Below are positions 24,526-37,187 of a stretch of DNA of 64,000 nt, piece after piece (the first letter of the stretch is position 1; every line of letters starts with the position of its first letter). The stretch lies in contig JBNZDD010013670.1 in NCBI GenBank assembly GCA_050575255.1, forward strand, positions 3,513,457 to 3,577,456. The letters are read 5' to 3'. A model generated the notes under the pieces. It was given only the letters and a program-made list of their open reading frames with translations, did no database searches and had not been told where the DNA came from. A program made the translations under genes and the position numbers. The DNA is from Harriotta raleighana. Its lineage: Eukaryota.

Positions 24526-24529
24526 TTGT

Positions 24530-25078
24530 TGTTAAAAGAAATATTGATGGGGAGAAATATTTTCACGCAGCATGTTGTTCAGATCTGTAATGCATTTTCT
24601 GAAAGGGTGTTGAAAGCTGATTCGATAACAACTTTGAAGAGAGAAGAAGATAATATAATAATAATATCCCTTGTATTTGATATAGCACTTTTCACATCTT
24701 ATTGATGTCTCAAAGAGCTTCACAGAATATGCTGTAAAGTGAATTGACTATATATTTGTGGGCTAATCGCGGCAGCCAATTGCACACAGCAGTGTCCCAT
24801 AAACAGTCGTGAATTGAATGACCAATTTTATTATTGTTTTTTTGGGATGGATTATTATTAGGCATGTGGAGTGAGGTAACTTGCCCAAGATTTTGCCCTG
24901 ATCTGCTTGGATTCGAACACAGCTTGTAAGGCAAGTGCTCTAACCACTGAGCTAAAGGATCTCCACAAAAATAATTATATGGGGAGGACAGGTTTGCAGG
25001 GCTATGGGAAAAAGGCGGGCGAGTGGGAATCATTTGGACAGCTCTTTTCAAAGAGCCAGCATAAACAATATGGGCTGA
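24530..25078 (+). mobile_element. CR1 3' fragment interrupted by a SINE (CR1 parts ~24530-24650 and ~24970-25078)
   Basis: RNIFTQHVVQICNAFSERVLKADSITTLKRE, resuming as NYMGRTGLQGYGKKAGEW; homologous to ORF 62900..63322. Confidence 0.85.
24652..24965 (-). mobile_element. Young SINE subfamily A, full length, nested in CR1
   Basis: Minus head TGGAGATCCTTTAGCTCAGTGGTTAGAGCAC..GTTCGAATCC. Confidence 0.92.
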
Positions 25079-25188
25079 CCTCCCCGTTCCTGACTCCCAT
25101 CTTGGGTCCAAAACACTGATTTTCCAGTATCCCGGACATTCGCCCGACATGAAAGGCGCTATACAAATGTAATTTTATTGTTGTTGTT
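25079..25188 (+). mobile_element. L2 3' tail; similar isolated tails at ~20893-20960(+), 32588-32650(-), 34415-34478(+), 47110-47180(-), 55355-55520(+)
   Basis: GACATGAAAGGCGCTATACAAATGTAATTTTATTGTTGTTG. Confidence 0.75.
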
Positions 25189-28100
25189 TCTATATACATT
25201 AAGAGGTGAATTGATTCAGTTATTCACAACAACACTTCATGTTATATTGAACCCTAAATAGGTACAGTATAAACGGTAGTCAGGAACTCAATACTGAATG
25301 TAACAACAGCAACATAATTATCAAAATGTTTCTTTGGCAAAACAAGTGGTCTATGCATATGATTATTACCCAGTGGAAATGGATACTAAATGACCAATCT
25401 GCACTATGAATGCTGAAAGAGAAGATTTGGTCATTCTAAATGCATAAGTCCCATATATTATCTTTAACACTAATACCCAGTGGACTGAGTGTTATTTGAA
25501 TTTATGTGAACTATCCACTTCTATCCTGCCTCTTGGTGAATTATACAATCATACAACACCATACAACAACAACAACAATAACAAAATTACATGTATTCCA
25601 GATATATAGAACTGTTATGTACTTGCGAAAATGTGTCTGGTTTTGATACCCTGAAGCATGATGATGGAATTCCACCTGTATCAGTTACCTGGCTAAACAA
25701 AAAAAATCACTTGTGAACAAAGAATCTCACTCATCTGTTAATGGGCTTCAATTACACAAATGAAACTGCATAAGTAGTCAATAAAACTGGAACATATGAC
25801 CATTCTTCAAAATATTATTTTCCCAGTTTCCAATTTGAAACCATACAAAAGCTTGAAAGTATATGTTGTGCAGCCAATAGCATTAATATCATTTATGTAA
25901 TCACCTTCAGTGTTGAATTAGTTCCCAAGGAACTAACAGGGATATTGCAATTATAACAAAAACAACTTGTATTCCTACAGCACCAGCCTTAACACTGCAT
26001 CTTAATATCCATGGTTAGCACCCTCCAGACCTGAGGGCCCTATATAAATGTAAGTTATTGTTGTTAAGGGGTTAAAAAACTGGTGTTCTTGATCTCCATC
26101 CGTTGACACTGTAAAAAGTAATTGTTACATGAGGACAAGATTGGCTTTGATTCTAGTGTCCCCACAGGTCAAACAGCCTGAACTCACTCACGCAGAATGG
26201 TCATTAAATTGTATGTTGAAACGCGTAGGATGACAAATTGAAGCATGGAGAAACTGTTGGATCATAATGTCACTCAGTCCTATCCTACACAACCATTTTG
26301 TCTTAAAATATATGTTCATGTAGATTTGGGGACAATCAGCTTCTAAATTTAGCCTGCATTGGTGAGTTTTCCATTGTTCTGCACCATCTTAAATATTAAG
26401 ACAGAATGCTGTGTCTCATGAGCTAGGATGAGATGGGCTCAGTTGCTGACAGTGCCTTCAGAAGTTTGTTTTAAAATATTGAAATTTAGAGATTCCATGT
26501 GAAATAAACACCTTGATGCTAAAATGCAGAAACAGTGCTCAAAAGAAACTCACAGAAAACCAGCTTCAAATTGATAGAACATGCAGTTTAGGATGCTCTG
26601 AAATGCTGTGATAATAGAATAAATCTATATCCATGTGCAACTTGCATTCTTATCTGAGCATATTTGATTAACATTTTTCACTGTAACTTCCTTTATGTTT
26701 AATATTGTGCCTGAACAGTAACATAGTCCATTATGTTTAATGTCTGACTGCATGGCTCTGATGTAGGGTAGACGAGCATTGTGTGGTCAGCACAATAGTC
26801 ATCCATTGTGAAATGTTCTTGAATGCTTTGTCAGCTGTGAATGTTATAGTTGCTGCTGCAAACAGGTTTAATGAAGATTTTGCAGAACAAATCAAGCAGA
26901 AGATAGGAAGAGGGAGAGTCTGGTTGGGAAACAGGATGAGTACAGACAGCTTTTGTCTTCATAGTTCCATTTACATGGATCTTATGATCTGAATGTGAGA
27001 GGTTAAATCTGATCAATCTGGAGCCCATAAATAATGCCAGGGTATTGATTTACTGTTGTACACTTCAGAAAGAAGAAAGATGTGCAAGTTAGGATGCAGA
27101 AGTTCAATATTTTTATTGTCTTCACTCGTTGATCATGTTAAAAATGTTATCATGAGTTTTATTTCATGATGGATTCATGAGGGATAGGGAAAAGAGGAGA
27201 AGAGGTTAGGAGGTGTGAAATATAAACTCCAGGGATAAATAGCCTATATCATGCTGTTTCATTTATCTTTGTTCTATTTCATTTCAATTATATTGCCTAT
27301 CCAAAGTGAGTGGTATCATCACTGATGTGATAGGGAACACTGTGGGCATCCTCATTATTACATAGATGCAAAGTAAAGCTCCTCTACTCTGCAAGCAACA
27401 CAACACATTAACCCCAACCCCAGAAGAGGCAATCTTACTGAAGCAGTACAAACAATTATATTTCTCACAAGCCAGGTTCATACGTAGGAGCTTGGTGCAT
27501 GGCTTTTCTAAAAGAAATGAGAGTAACAATCTTAAGGCAGCCACTACTAACATGTGGACAGTTTGTCCTGTGAGTCTCAGCCCATTAATAACTGGGTTGG
27601 GATTTCATAACCCCATTTCATATAGGTCTTTTCAAGATTTTTATCCTATCATTATTGATTGGATTCAATCCAAGTTGCTATGAGTTCCCGTTGAGAATCT
27701 ATTTTCAGCGCTTAGGTTTTACAGCAACCGGATCAAAACACATCCTTAAAATTGTGTGAATAAGAATTACGAGCTGCATGGCACACTGGAGCCCCAATCA
27801 CTATGCTCTGGGGTGGTAGAGTTTATGTTTTGCACCTGCCTCTTCTCTGCAAAGTGAGATTTGAATCCCATGAGTGTAATTGTGAGAAGGTGAAGGGTGC
27901 AGGCAGGAAGTGGGAAAACTGAAACAGAATACTGAAGGGTACACTGGTGTATCTTATAGGGATAATAATCCTTGAGTTTGCTGTAATGCTTCACAGGATT
28001 TACTGTAAGATTTTGTGGCCGTGTATATTGTAGGAATCAATTTTGTGTACAGCAATATCCCCCAAACATGAAGTAAACGCCCACTTTTATTTTGTGTATT

Positions 28101-28296
28101 TCCTAACAGTTGGCTATTTGGTGTCAATGGCAGAGGTCCAGAGCAAACATTCTTCAAACCATTCTTCTTCCCAGGAAATACACACAACTTGAGCGCTCCA
28201 AGATTCTAGCATTCATGTAGGGTGCTATGTAGAAATGCAAGTTGTTGTTGTTAAGAAAAAAAAGCAAGATTAACAAATAAATTACAGGCAGGATTT

Positions 28297-29065
28297 ATAA
28301 TAATCCTTGCATTTGATATTGTGCCTTAACACATCAAAACACCTTATGGAGCATCACAGAGATTTCTGTAAAATGTAGTGACTGATTGTACAGAAAAACG
28401 CAGCAGCCAACATGTGTATAACAACAACAACAACTTTGATTTATATAGCCCCCTCACATCTCAGAGTGCTTCACAATAACGGATCCCAGGCCCAAGCCAG
28501 GGGCAGNCTGATTTATATAGCCCCCTCACACCGGATGGCATCTCAGAGTGCTTCACAATAACGGATCCCAGGCCCAAGCCAGGGGCAGAGGGAAGAAAGA
28601 TGATCAAAGTTGAGAAAGGTCTTTAGCTGAGACCTGAAACTGGGAAGAGAGGGGGAGAGGCAAAGAGAATGAGGAAGGAAGTTCCAGAGCCTCGGGGTGG
28701 AGTGGCTGAAGGCATGGCCACTGATACTGAAGCAGAGGATTTGGGGACAAGGTGGAGGCCAGACCCAGTGCAGCAAAGGCAACAGATGCTGGTTTGAGGA
28801 GAGAGGAGGTCGGAGAGGGAGGGGGGTGCAGAAGAATGGGAGTCCCAAAGTGAGGTGAAGGTGGAGAAATAGAGTTGGGTGTCATCTGCATACATGTGGA
28901 AGTATATACAGCAATGTCCCACAAACAGCCGTGAAGTGAATGATCATTTTTTTTTCTCTCTGGGGTGAGTGTTGCACAGGAAAATGGGAGAAACTGCCTT
29001 CTCTTCTTACAAAGTACTTATGGAATCAATCATCCACTTGAACAGGCAGTTAGGACCATAGTTTG
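28297..29065 (-). mobile_element. Old Deu-type SINE split by an L2 insertion (SINE parts ~28297-28420 and ~28903-29065)
   Basis: AATAATCCTTGCATTTG..GCAGCCAACATGTGTATA [L2] CAGCAATGTCCCACAAACAGCC..CAGGAAAATGGGAGAA..CACTTGAACAGGCAG. Confidence 0.7.
28421..28902 (-). mobile_element. L2 fragment with large internal deletion (RT YADD region joined to the 3' end)
   Basis: FHMYADDTQLYFS in ORF 28623..28922; GHAFSHSTPRLWNFLP..LKTFL in ORF 28543..28848; (CAA)n tail. Confidence 0.88.
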
Positions 29066-29084
29066 TTCTGATGGATTTTTCTTT

Positions 29085-29315
29085 TGTAGGGTTGGGTGTT
29101 TGACACCTTGAAGGAGAGCAGGAAAAAACGACTGTATGTATGGTAACCATATATGGAAATTTCCATGCCCTGCAATAGAATGCATACAGTATTCTCTCCC
29201 TGAAGGGATTCACCTTATCTATCTAATTCTGTGCGATTTAAAAGCAAGAACCAAGACTTAGGGACCCCAGAATACTGGTGGAAGTTAACCAGCAGAAACT
29301 GCATCTCTTGCCATT
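29085..29315 (+). repeat. Unclassified old repeat U1 (core 15-mer absent)
   Basis: TTTGACAC..ATATATGGAAATTTCCATGCCCTGCAATAGAATGCA..ATCTAATTC..CCAAGACTTAGGGACCCCAG..GCATCTCTTGCC. Confidence 0.62.
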
Positions 29316-30879
29316 CTGGTTGTCCATTAGGACCACACTATCTATTCGTTAGGGCTTTAGCTTACAGGGTTAACAGGAGCTGACTAGGAAGAATCCGTAC
29401 TCCTAGTGGACCTTGCCTCCAAACGATGGCACTTCTGTTAATGCAGCAATCCTCCAGCAGTGTGTCGGAGTGTCAACTTGGTCTATGAGTTCAGTATCCC
29501 GATTTAGTAATCCTACACAAAATGACACCTGTCCATTGGATCATATTATAAAATGTATTAGATTATAATGGTAACATATCTGATGGGAACTGATGGTTCA
29601 GGAGATGGAAGTCATTCCGCTGGCTACCATGGATGCCTGTAATATCATCATATGTATAAGTTTCCATAAGTTACTGGATACAAAACAAATACTATAAGAA
29701 GACTTAGCAAAGCACTTGACAATGCTGGATGGATATCTGAGTTGGGTAGTCGAGAAAGGTGACAAGTGGAAGATAGCTGAAAGTGCAGTGGGAAAGATAT
29801 GTTTGAGATATTTGAGAGTCATTTCAATGTGACATGGACCCATAGCAATGGAAATTCTTCTTGCTTTCATAAATATTGCTATATTATACTTACAGATGTT
29901 CAATATTCAAAACCAGAAGGACATTTCTCCCAGTTTGCTGGCCAACAAAGCCCCAGATAAAATTAGTCATTCACTTTCTGGCTGGTTGTGGGACTCTCCC
30001 AATGTGAAAGGCACAATAATTTATATTATTATTTTATATATCTGCTGCGAGTAAATGTCATGTTTTGGGCTCTTTCAGGCACCCTGGATCCTCTGTCATT
30101 GCAAATGCAAATAAGCACTTATTTCAGCGACTTAACGCTTTAAGTGCAGTGTACTTCTTATCTACTTCACTTAATTATGTAATTCAGATAAGAGAATCAG
30201 ACAATTATGGAAAATGAGCTGCACATTTAGAAACATTGTAATATATATAAACTCAAACCATAAAGCAACTCCAGGTAACAGTGATGTGCTATCACCTTCC
30301 TCTCATTATGCAATCAATAACTAGCTTTGGGTGTTATCAGTATGCCATATGAATCATTCCAATAAGATTTGGCTTATGTTATACCCACTGCAGAACACTC
30401 AACAGCACAAGCGCTTCTGTGAATTAAGGAGATAATAAATCCTCTTATTTTGTTTGTTTTAAATTAAAATCCTACGTGCAACCAGAAAGTACAAATGGAG
30501 GCGAATGAGTTCAAGTGAGTTGATGTTTCCACAGTTTAAAAGGGACTGTTAAATCTCCACAGGCATGAAAGTATTAATTTCACTGTGTCCTTACCTGCAG
30601 AGAAAAGAGGCTGGAGTGCAAGGAAAGGACATTGCTGATAAAACTGAAGTGAACGGAACAGCATGAAAGAGGCTTATATCTACAATATAAATAGAATACA
30701 AAAACACACCTGGCTTTAACACAAATTGACATTTAATACTGTGCCAACTGTTAGATGTCCCTGAACTGGAATTAATGAAAAAGTGCAATGTGCAAGAAAT
30801 GGAGGAAGTGGGAGTGATATCTTGGATTATTAGAAAAACCACAGAGCAGTAATCATAACAAGCTGTCATCGGAAAATGT

Positions 30880-31650
30880 GTGGCTAGCAAGTAATGGGGG
30901 GTGGGTGGGGGGGCTTTCTATTAGTTGACTTTAGCATGCTTTTTATCTTTTTAAAAGAAAAGAACATTTTTTTTCACATTTGCAGCCCATCGGCAATCCA
31001 TCAAAAGATATTGGGGCTTAACTAGTCTGAAGCAAGTGAGCAATTGAGAGGTGGCTGGTATCAGGGGTCAAATATTTGCTGAGTAGTTAATACCAATTGC
31101 AGCTGTTACAGTGCTGGTGGATTAGAAGGGAGAGCATTTGGCATACGCTTTAATTTCATATGTTACTCAACCCGGGAAACATCTTTAGGAGTAAATGTAA
31201 GGGAAAATGTAATTTTCCAAAAGGTAAGGCTTAAATTGGTATGTTACAAATGAGTTTAATCGGAATTTCCCAAGCAATCTGTGCCAATGTTTATTAGAAG
31301 CTTTGCCTTTGAGACGGTGGCTGATGGCAGAATTTACAGACAAAGCTTTGTGATGTCTTCTGACCATCTGTTAGTAAACTCATGGAGCTCAGGCATGAAT
31401 TGTAGCATCCTCCTGTAAATTGAAAGTCTGAAGTACTTTTATGGCCCTTTGTTTGAAACAGGAAGTCAGCTGATGACCTGCCTGGCCTTGGGCTGAATCA
31501 CAAGTGGGTTGGGGCCTCTTCAATAATTTGCTGCTATGTGCAGTAGCTTGTAATAACAACAAAGGCTTTGAAGGAGGAACACTTTTAACTAGTGGTGCAA
31601 AGATCGATCCCGTTCACAATAGATTACAATGTGGACTTTATGGCTAAACC
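30880..31650. promoter_or_regulatory. Candidate conserved non-coding element / developmental enhancer
   Basis: TE-free, high-complexity block with Pbx-Hox TGATGGAT (minus, 30996-31003), two TTTATGGC, Sox-like CTTTGTT/AACAAAG, ETS CAGGAAGT, E-boxes CAGCTG; motif inspection only. Confidence 0.35.
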
Positions 31651-31902
31651 CCTACTTTTAGCAAAAATGAAAGAATTTATAAATAGAGAGATCTGAAAGT
31701 GGATACACGAGTGTGTAGTTTGTAGAAAGGGTAAATGGGAGTGGGACACTGTGGAAATTAGTTGGTTTATTGTTGTCAAGAGGTGGCAGTAAACTGTATG
31801 ACATGATGACATGATCAGCAAGCACCTTCATATATACCTGTGGGTGACATTCAAAATCTGCATTGACTTTTGGAAGTCACCATCCTGGCATGAGTGGACT
31901 TG

Positions 31903-32253
31903 ATAATAATAATCCTTGCTTTTGATATAGCGCTTTTCACATCTTATCGATGTCTCAAAGCGCTTCACAGAATACAACACCACAATTCACGTCAGGAGAA
32001 ATATACTCAAAAGTGAATTGACTGTATATTTGTGAGTGAAACGTGGCAGCCAGCTGTACACAGCAGCGTCCCACAAACAGTCGTGGGTTGAAAATGACCA
32101 AATTTTATTATTGTGCTTCTTTTGGAGGGATTATTAGGTGTGTGTGTGGAGTAAGGAAACTTGCCCAAGGTTTTGCCCTGATCTGCCTGGATTCGAACAC
32201 AGATCTCACGCTTGTAAGGCGAGCGCTCTAACCACTGAGCCACAGGAGCTCCA
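31903..32253 (-). mobile_element. Young SINE subfamily A, full length, with ~26-bp L2-tail-like insert
   Basis: Minus head TGGAGCTCCTGTGGCTCAGTGGTTAGAGCGCTCGCCTTACAAGCGTGAG..GTTCGAATCC. Confidence 0.93.
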
Positions 32254-32295
32254 CATACATACATACATACCTTCAAAGATAGATGGATAGATGGC

Positions 32296-32341
<46 letters not shown>
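32254..32341. repeat. Compound microsatellite (CATA)4 + (GATA)~16
   Basis: Directly visible. Confidence 0.97.
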
Positions 32342-32342
<1 letters not shown>

Positions 32343-32791
32343 CGTTTTCTACCATTTGAGTGATTGCTATTCTTAAATTGCAGGTTGAGTTTATAACCAC
32401 TGTGACTAAAAACAACTAAAAACAAAGTCTTGTAGTTCTTCCCCAGAATCCCAATACAAAACACTGACACAAGTTAGTATTTAATTAGCTTTGAACACCG
32501 CTTCTTCTTGTTTTACCTTTTTTAAAAGTACTTTTGATCAAACCTTGACAGAAGTACACTTTTTTCGGTATGCTCTTCATTCCTATACAGCAACAACAAA
32601 ATTACATTTGAATAGTGCCTTTCATGTTAGGAGGACGTCCCAAGGTGCTGATACCACGCACAGGTGATGTTGCTTCCCCAAAAATAATTCAGCAGTTCAA
32701 ATGGTGTTGTAGGTTAATGCCTTTCAGGCTTATATAGAAGTTGGTGTGAGTGAAAGAGGTAAAAGTGTGTTTTAAACCATAGACATCAATG

Positions 32792-34299
32792 AACAACAAT
32801 AATTACAAAATTACATTTATAGAGAGCCTTTCACGTCGGGAGGATGTCCCAAGGCGCTGAACATTCAGGGTTTGGGATTTGAGCGCGGGGGAGGGGCAGT
32901 GTAAGGGGGAGGGGAAGGAGAGGGGTGAGAGGGTGGCAGAAGGCCCAATCAAAAAGGAGGGTCTTGAGACCTGTCTTAAAGGAGGCAAGGGATGAAGTGA
33001 GGCAAAGGGATTGTGGGATGGAGTTGCAGAGTGTGGAGGCAGAGAGGCTGAAAGCCTGGCCACCAATGGGAGGGCGGATCAGGCAGGAGACATGGAGCAG
33101 ACCAGATCCTGCTGTACGGAGGGGGCGGGCAAGTTGGTAGGGAGTCAGCAGGCTGGAGAGATAGGAAGAGGCAAGGCTGTGAATGGCCTTGAAAGTGGGG
33201 ATGAGAATCTTGAATTCAATCCTCTGGAGGATGGGGAGCAATGGGGTTGCAGAGCCTAATGCGGGAGAGGACATGAGCTGCAGAGTTCTGGATGATCTGC
33301 AATTGTGAAGTGGGAAGGTTGATGAGGAGAGAGTTTCCATAGTCAAGCCTTAATGTGACGAATGCGGGGAGAAGAGTTTTGGCAACCTGAGGGGTGAGGC
33401 AGTGGCGGAGTCTGGCAATGTTGCGGTGGTNTTCTGGAGGATGGGGAGCCAATGGAGCTGTGCGAGGCGGGAGTAATGGGGTTGCAGAGCCTAATGCGGG
33501 AGAGGACATGAGCTGCAGAGTTCTGGATGATCTGCAATTGTGAAGTGGGAAGGCTGATGAGGAGAGAGTTTCCATAGTCAAGCCTTAATGTGACGAATGC
33601 GGGGAGAAGAGTTTTGGCAACCTGAGGGGTGAGGCAGTGGCGGAGTCTGGCAATGTTGCGGTGGTGGTGGAAGACAGTGCTGGTCATGTACTGGATGTGG
33701 GGGAGAAAGGACATTTCAGGGTCATGACACCTGGGTTCCTGACTGGCTTCATGACATGGAATTTGCGACCTTGGATGCTGATGCTTCCATGCTTGAGGTG
33801 CAGAGGCGCTGACGCAAGCCAATCAGGAGCACCTCGGTCTTACTGACGTTCAACTGGAGAACATTGTTTCTCGTCCAGGACTCGATGTTGGACAGGCAGG
33901 CAGTCAGGATGCTAGTAGTCCTGGAGTTGAGGGTGGAAGTGGAGAGATAAAGTTGGGTGTCATTCGCGTACATGTGGAAATTTACCTCATGTCTGTGGAT
34001 AATGTCACCAAGGAGGAGCATGTAGAGGATGTAGAGGAAGGGAACAAGAACAGAGCCCTGAGGAACGCCACATGAGCCAGTGTGGGGGCTGGAGGAAAAA
34101 CCATTAGCGGAACAAAGTGGAGACGGTGTGAAAGATGGGATTGGATCCAGTCAAGGGTAGAACCTTGAAGATGGAGGTGGGAGGAGGAGGATTGATTTGT
34201 CCACAGTAACAAAGGCGGCGGATATGTCAAGGAGGACGAGGAGGCAGAGGGAGCCCTGGTCACACATGGTCGGGATATCATTTGTGCCCTTGACCAGAA
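32792..34299 (-). mobile_element. L2 LINE, 5'-truncated, decayed ORF2 RT domain and 3' UTR
   Basis: Minus-strand [79 protein letters not shown]; frameshifts; (TTG)-type tail. Confidence 0.95.
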
Positions 34300-35226
34300 T
34301 GATAATATTAATAAATGAACCATGTGATGAAATGCTTACAATTCAGCAGTTAACAGCAAAAATGCAAAATTGCAAAAAATGCAAGGCATAACTGTGTCAT
34401 AACTGGAGCAGTTTCAGCGCCTTGGGACGTCCTTCTGATGTGAAAGGCGCTATACAAGTGTAACTTTGTTGTTATTTTGTTTGTGGCTGTTGATGGGACT
34501 TTGAGGTGGGCAAATTGCCCACCTCATTCACTTACAAAATGTATATTTTATTGCAGTAAAATCCATGAAATACTTTGAAATGTCCTCTCAAATTATGTGA
34601 ATGTGACACTAGTCCTGTGATGCATCGATAAGAGTACTCACTTGATAAGCAAGAGGACCCAGGTTCGATTCCTGGGCAAATCAAGACCTCCAATCTGCAC
34701 AGCTTTGTGTTGTAGCTTCATGGCAGTTGGAAAGTGCATCCATGTTAGTGTTTCCGCACAACAGCTATCAGGAAAGAGGAGGTAGGCGGTGATTAGTTTT
34801 CTCCAGACTATGTTTGAGTTCTTGTCTACAGGAATGATTTGTTTGGAAATAATGTTGTAATGCAATGTTCCAGTAGGTTTTCTTTAGTATTTGAGGTATT
34901 TGGGAATTTGACATGCACACTGTAGTTATTTTATTACTGTGGGGGATGGGAGGGGGCATCTATTCATCACCATGGCATCTCTAGCATGATTTAAGATGAG
35001 ATATGAGAAGTAAGTGACAGGTAAAGACCTAACTAGTTAACTGCACAGCGAAGAGATAGACAAGGAAGCAGCAGCCATACACCTACACATAATATACTAG
35101 GTGAGCCTGTCTATCCTACACTGAAAAATACCCTTTTAACTTTAACATAATCTTAACATAATTCAGTTGAAATGTTGGCTATATTAACACCCTTGAATAT
35201 AGGGTGATCCCATTTATATCCTAAAA

Positions 35227-35520
35227 AATAATCCTTGCATTTGATATAGCACTTTTCACATCTTCAACATGTCTCAAAGCACTTCACCAAATATACTGTA
35301 AAGTGAATTGTCTGCATTTTGTGGTGGAAACGTGGCAGCCAATTGCACACAGCAGTGTCCCACAAACAGTCGTGGATTAAAGTGACCAAATTATTATTGT
35401 TTTTAGTTGAGAGATTATTATCAGACGTGCAAAGTAAGGAAGCTTGTCCAAGGATTTGCCCTGCCAGGAATCAAACCCAGGTCTCTCGCTTGCAAAGTGA
35501 GTTCTCTAACCACCGCCAAC
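35227..35520 (-). mobile_element. Young SINE subfamily B
   Basis: Full body; minus head GGTTAGAGAACTCACTTTGCAAGCGAGAGACCTGGGTTTGATTCC. Confidence 0.9.
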
Positions 35521-36104
35521 AGTGTAGCACATCTTATTGGAGTGTCATCATAGACTATCATATATGGGTACCAATAGTTGACATGTGCTTGAACCCACAA
35601 ACTTCTGAATCTAAGGTGAATGTGTTCCCAACTGATCCAGGCTGACTCAATGCTACCAAGAGTGCCATGCTGACCCATACCAACCGAGCCAAGTTGATAG
35701 ACAAAATAGCAGTAGGTCAGTGTTTACTTGTGGTCACAGTCATGTCCACTTTGCACAGAGCATGGAGGAATCCATCATCCAACAACAACATCTTTCTTTC
35801 ATATAGCACCTCTCACACATCCCAGAATACTTATGACTCTTTATTAGTCGATGCTAGAAGCAGAGAGGCCTTCTTGCCCCAATATGCTAAGTACAAGACA
35901 CCAGGCAGTCAGCACCAGAATCAGAATAACTTTGCACATTTTATTAGAGTATTGGCCTATATATCCTTAGTGCACACACGTATGCAAAATATTACACGCA
36001 ATATAATGTACACAAGACCTGAACTTGTTCATTCCCATTTACAAATGGAAAGAAGCCATTCAGATGACGATCGCTAAGGAATTAGGTGGAAAAATTTATA
36101 TATA

Positions 36105-36521
36105 CAGTAAAACCTTTGTTATCCAGCACTCTCTGGACCTGACCGATGCCAATTAATCAAATATGGCGGATACTCAAGTGGCAAGTTGCCGAAAATCCAA
36201 CAATTACTTTTGTTAACTTACTTTAAAACATACCATATTAATAATAGACTAAAAAATAACAGAATATTGTATGGATACCTACCAATAAAACATTCCAGCA
36301 CACTCGGTAAAATGATCAGTAAAAAAGCATTCCAGCGTTCGGTAAATTTAATAAGTGCGCATGCGCATGCATTGCACGCAAGCGCAAAGTGAGCATACCA
36401 CGAGTGTCTTGGATGTCTTAACCATATGAGATCTGGTTGCTGGAATAGTGAATTGTATTGGGAGATACCGGTTGAATGAGTATGCCGGTCGGTTGGGTAC
36501 CGGATAAAGAAGATTTTACTG
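36105..36521. mobile_element. MITE subtype C (same TIR family, mosaic interior)
   Basis: TA-CAGTAAAACCTTTGTTATCCAG ... CCGGATAAAGAAGATTTTACTG-TA; central block shared with subtype A. Confidence 0.88.
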
Positions 36522-37187
36522 TATAATCCCCGTTAATAATAACCTAATTCCTTCTGGCAAAAGTAGTTACTCCACTGACTATTTTCCTAAAGATACAATA
36601 ACAGGATTTCAAGCAGCTAAATTCTGAAAAAGCCAGGTGCAGTTATTTGCATCATACAGTAATTGCTAGAGTTCAATAATTGCGCATTATTTGTTCAGTA
36701 ATCTGGCTGTTGTTATGTTTGAACAGGACCTAAAGATTATAGCCAACTGGAGAATACAAGCTAATTGCTGTGTTGCAGAGATATTGAAAGAAAAGTCTGT
36801 TCAGAGGTCATGTAGTAAGTTCCTTGTGTTTTGTTTCTGTGATTGATTCCCAGAACAGTTTTGACTCATGTTCTACTTTGACTATAATCTATTTTACATT
36901 CTCAAACATCCATTTCAATCCGTTCATCCGTTTTTTTTAATTTCCTGACTTTTACAGCTTTTTACTCCCTAGGAAGGCCTCCCTGAATGTAATTTTGTTG
37001 TTGTTGCTCTCCACTGTTCTGATCAATATTCAGGGCAGGGTGTAAAGAGATTGTATTGTCTACAGTGGAAACATAGTAAACAGATATCAACAAATAGAAA
37101 TTATTTTCATGTCTAGCTTTGAGATCCTATCTTCTCACCTTTGCAGACAGAAGGTATTTGTTTCCTCCCCAACTAATTCAATGAGAA

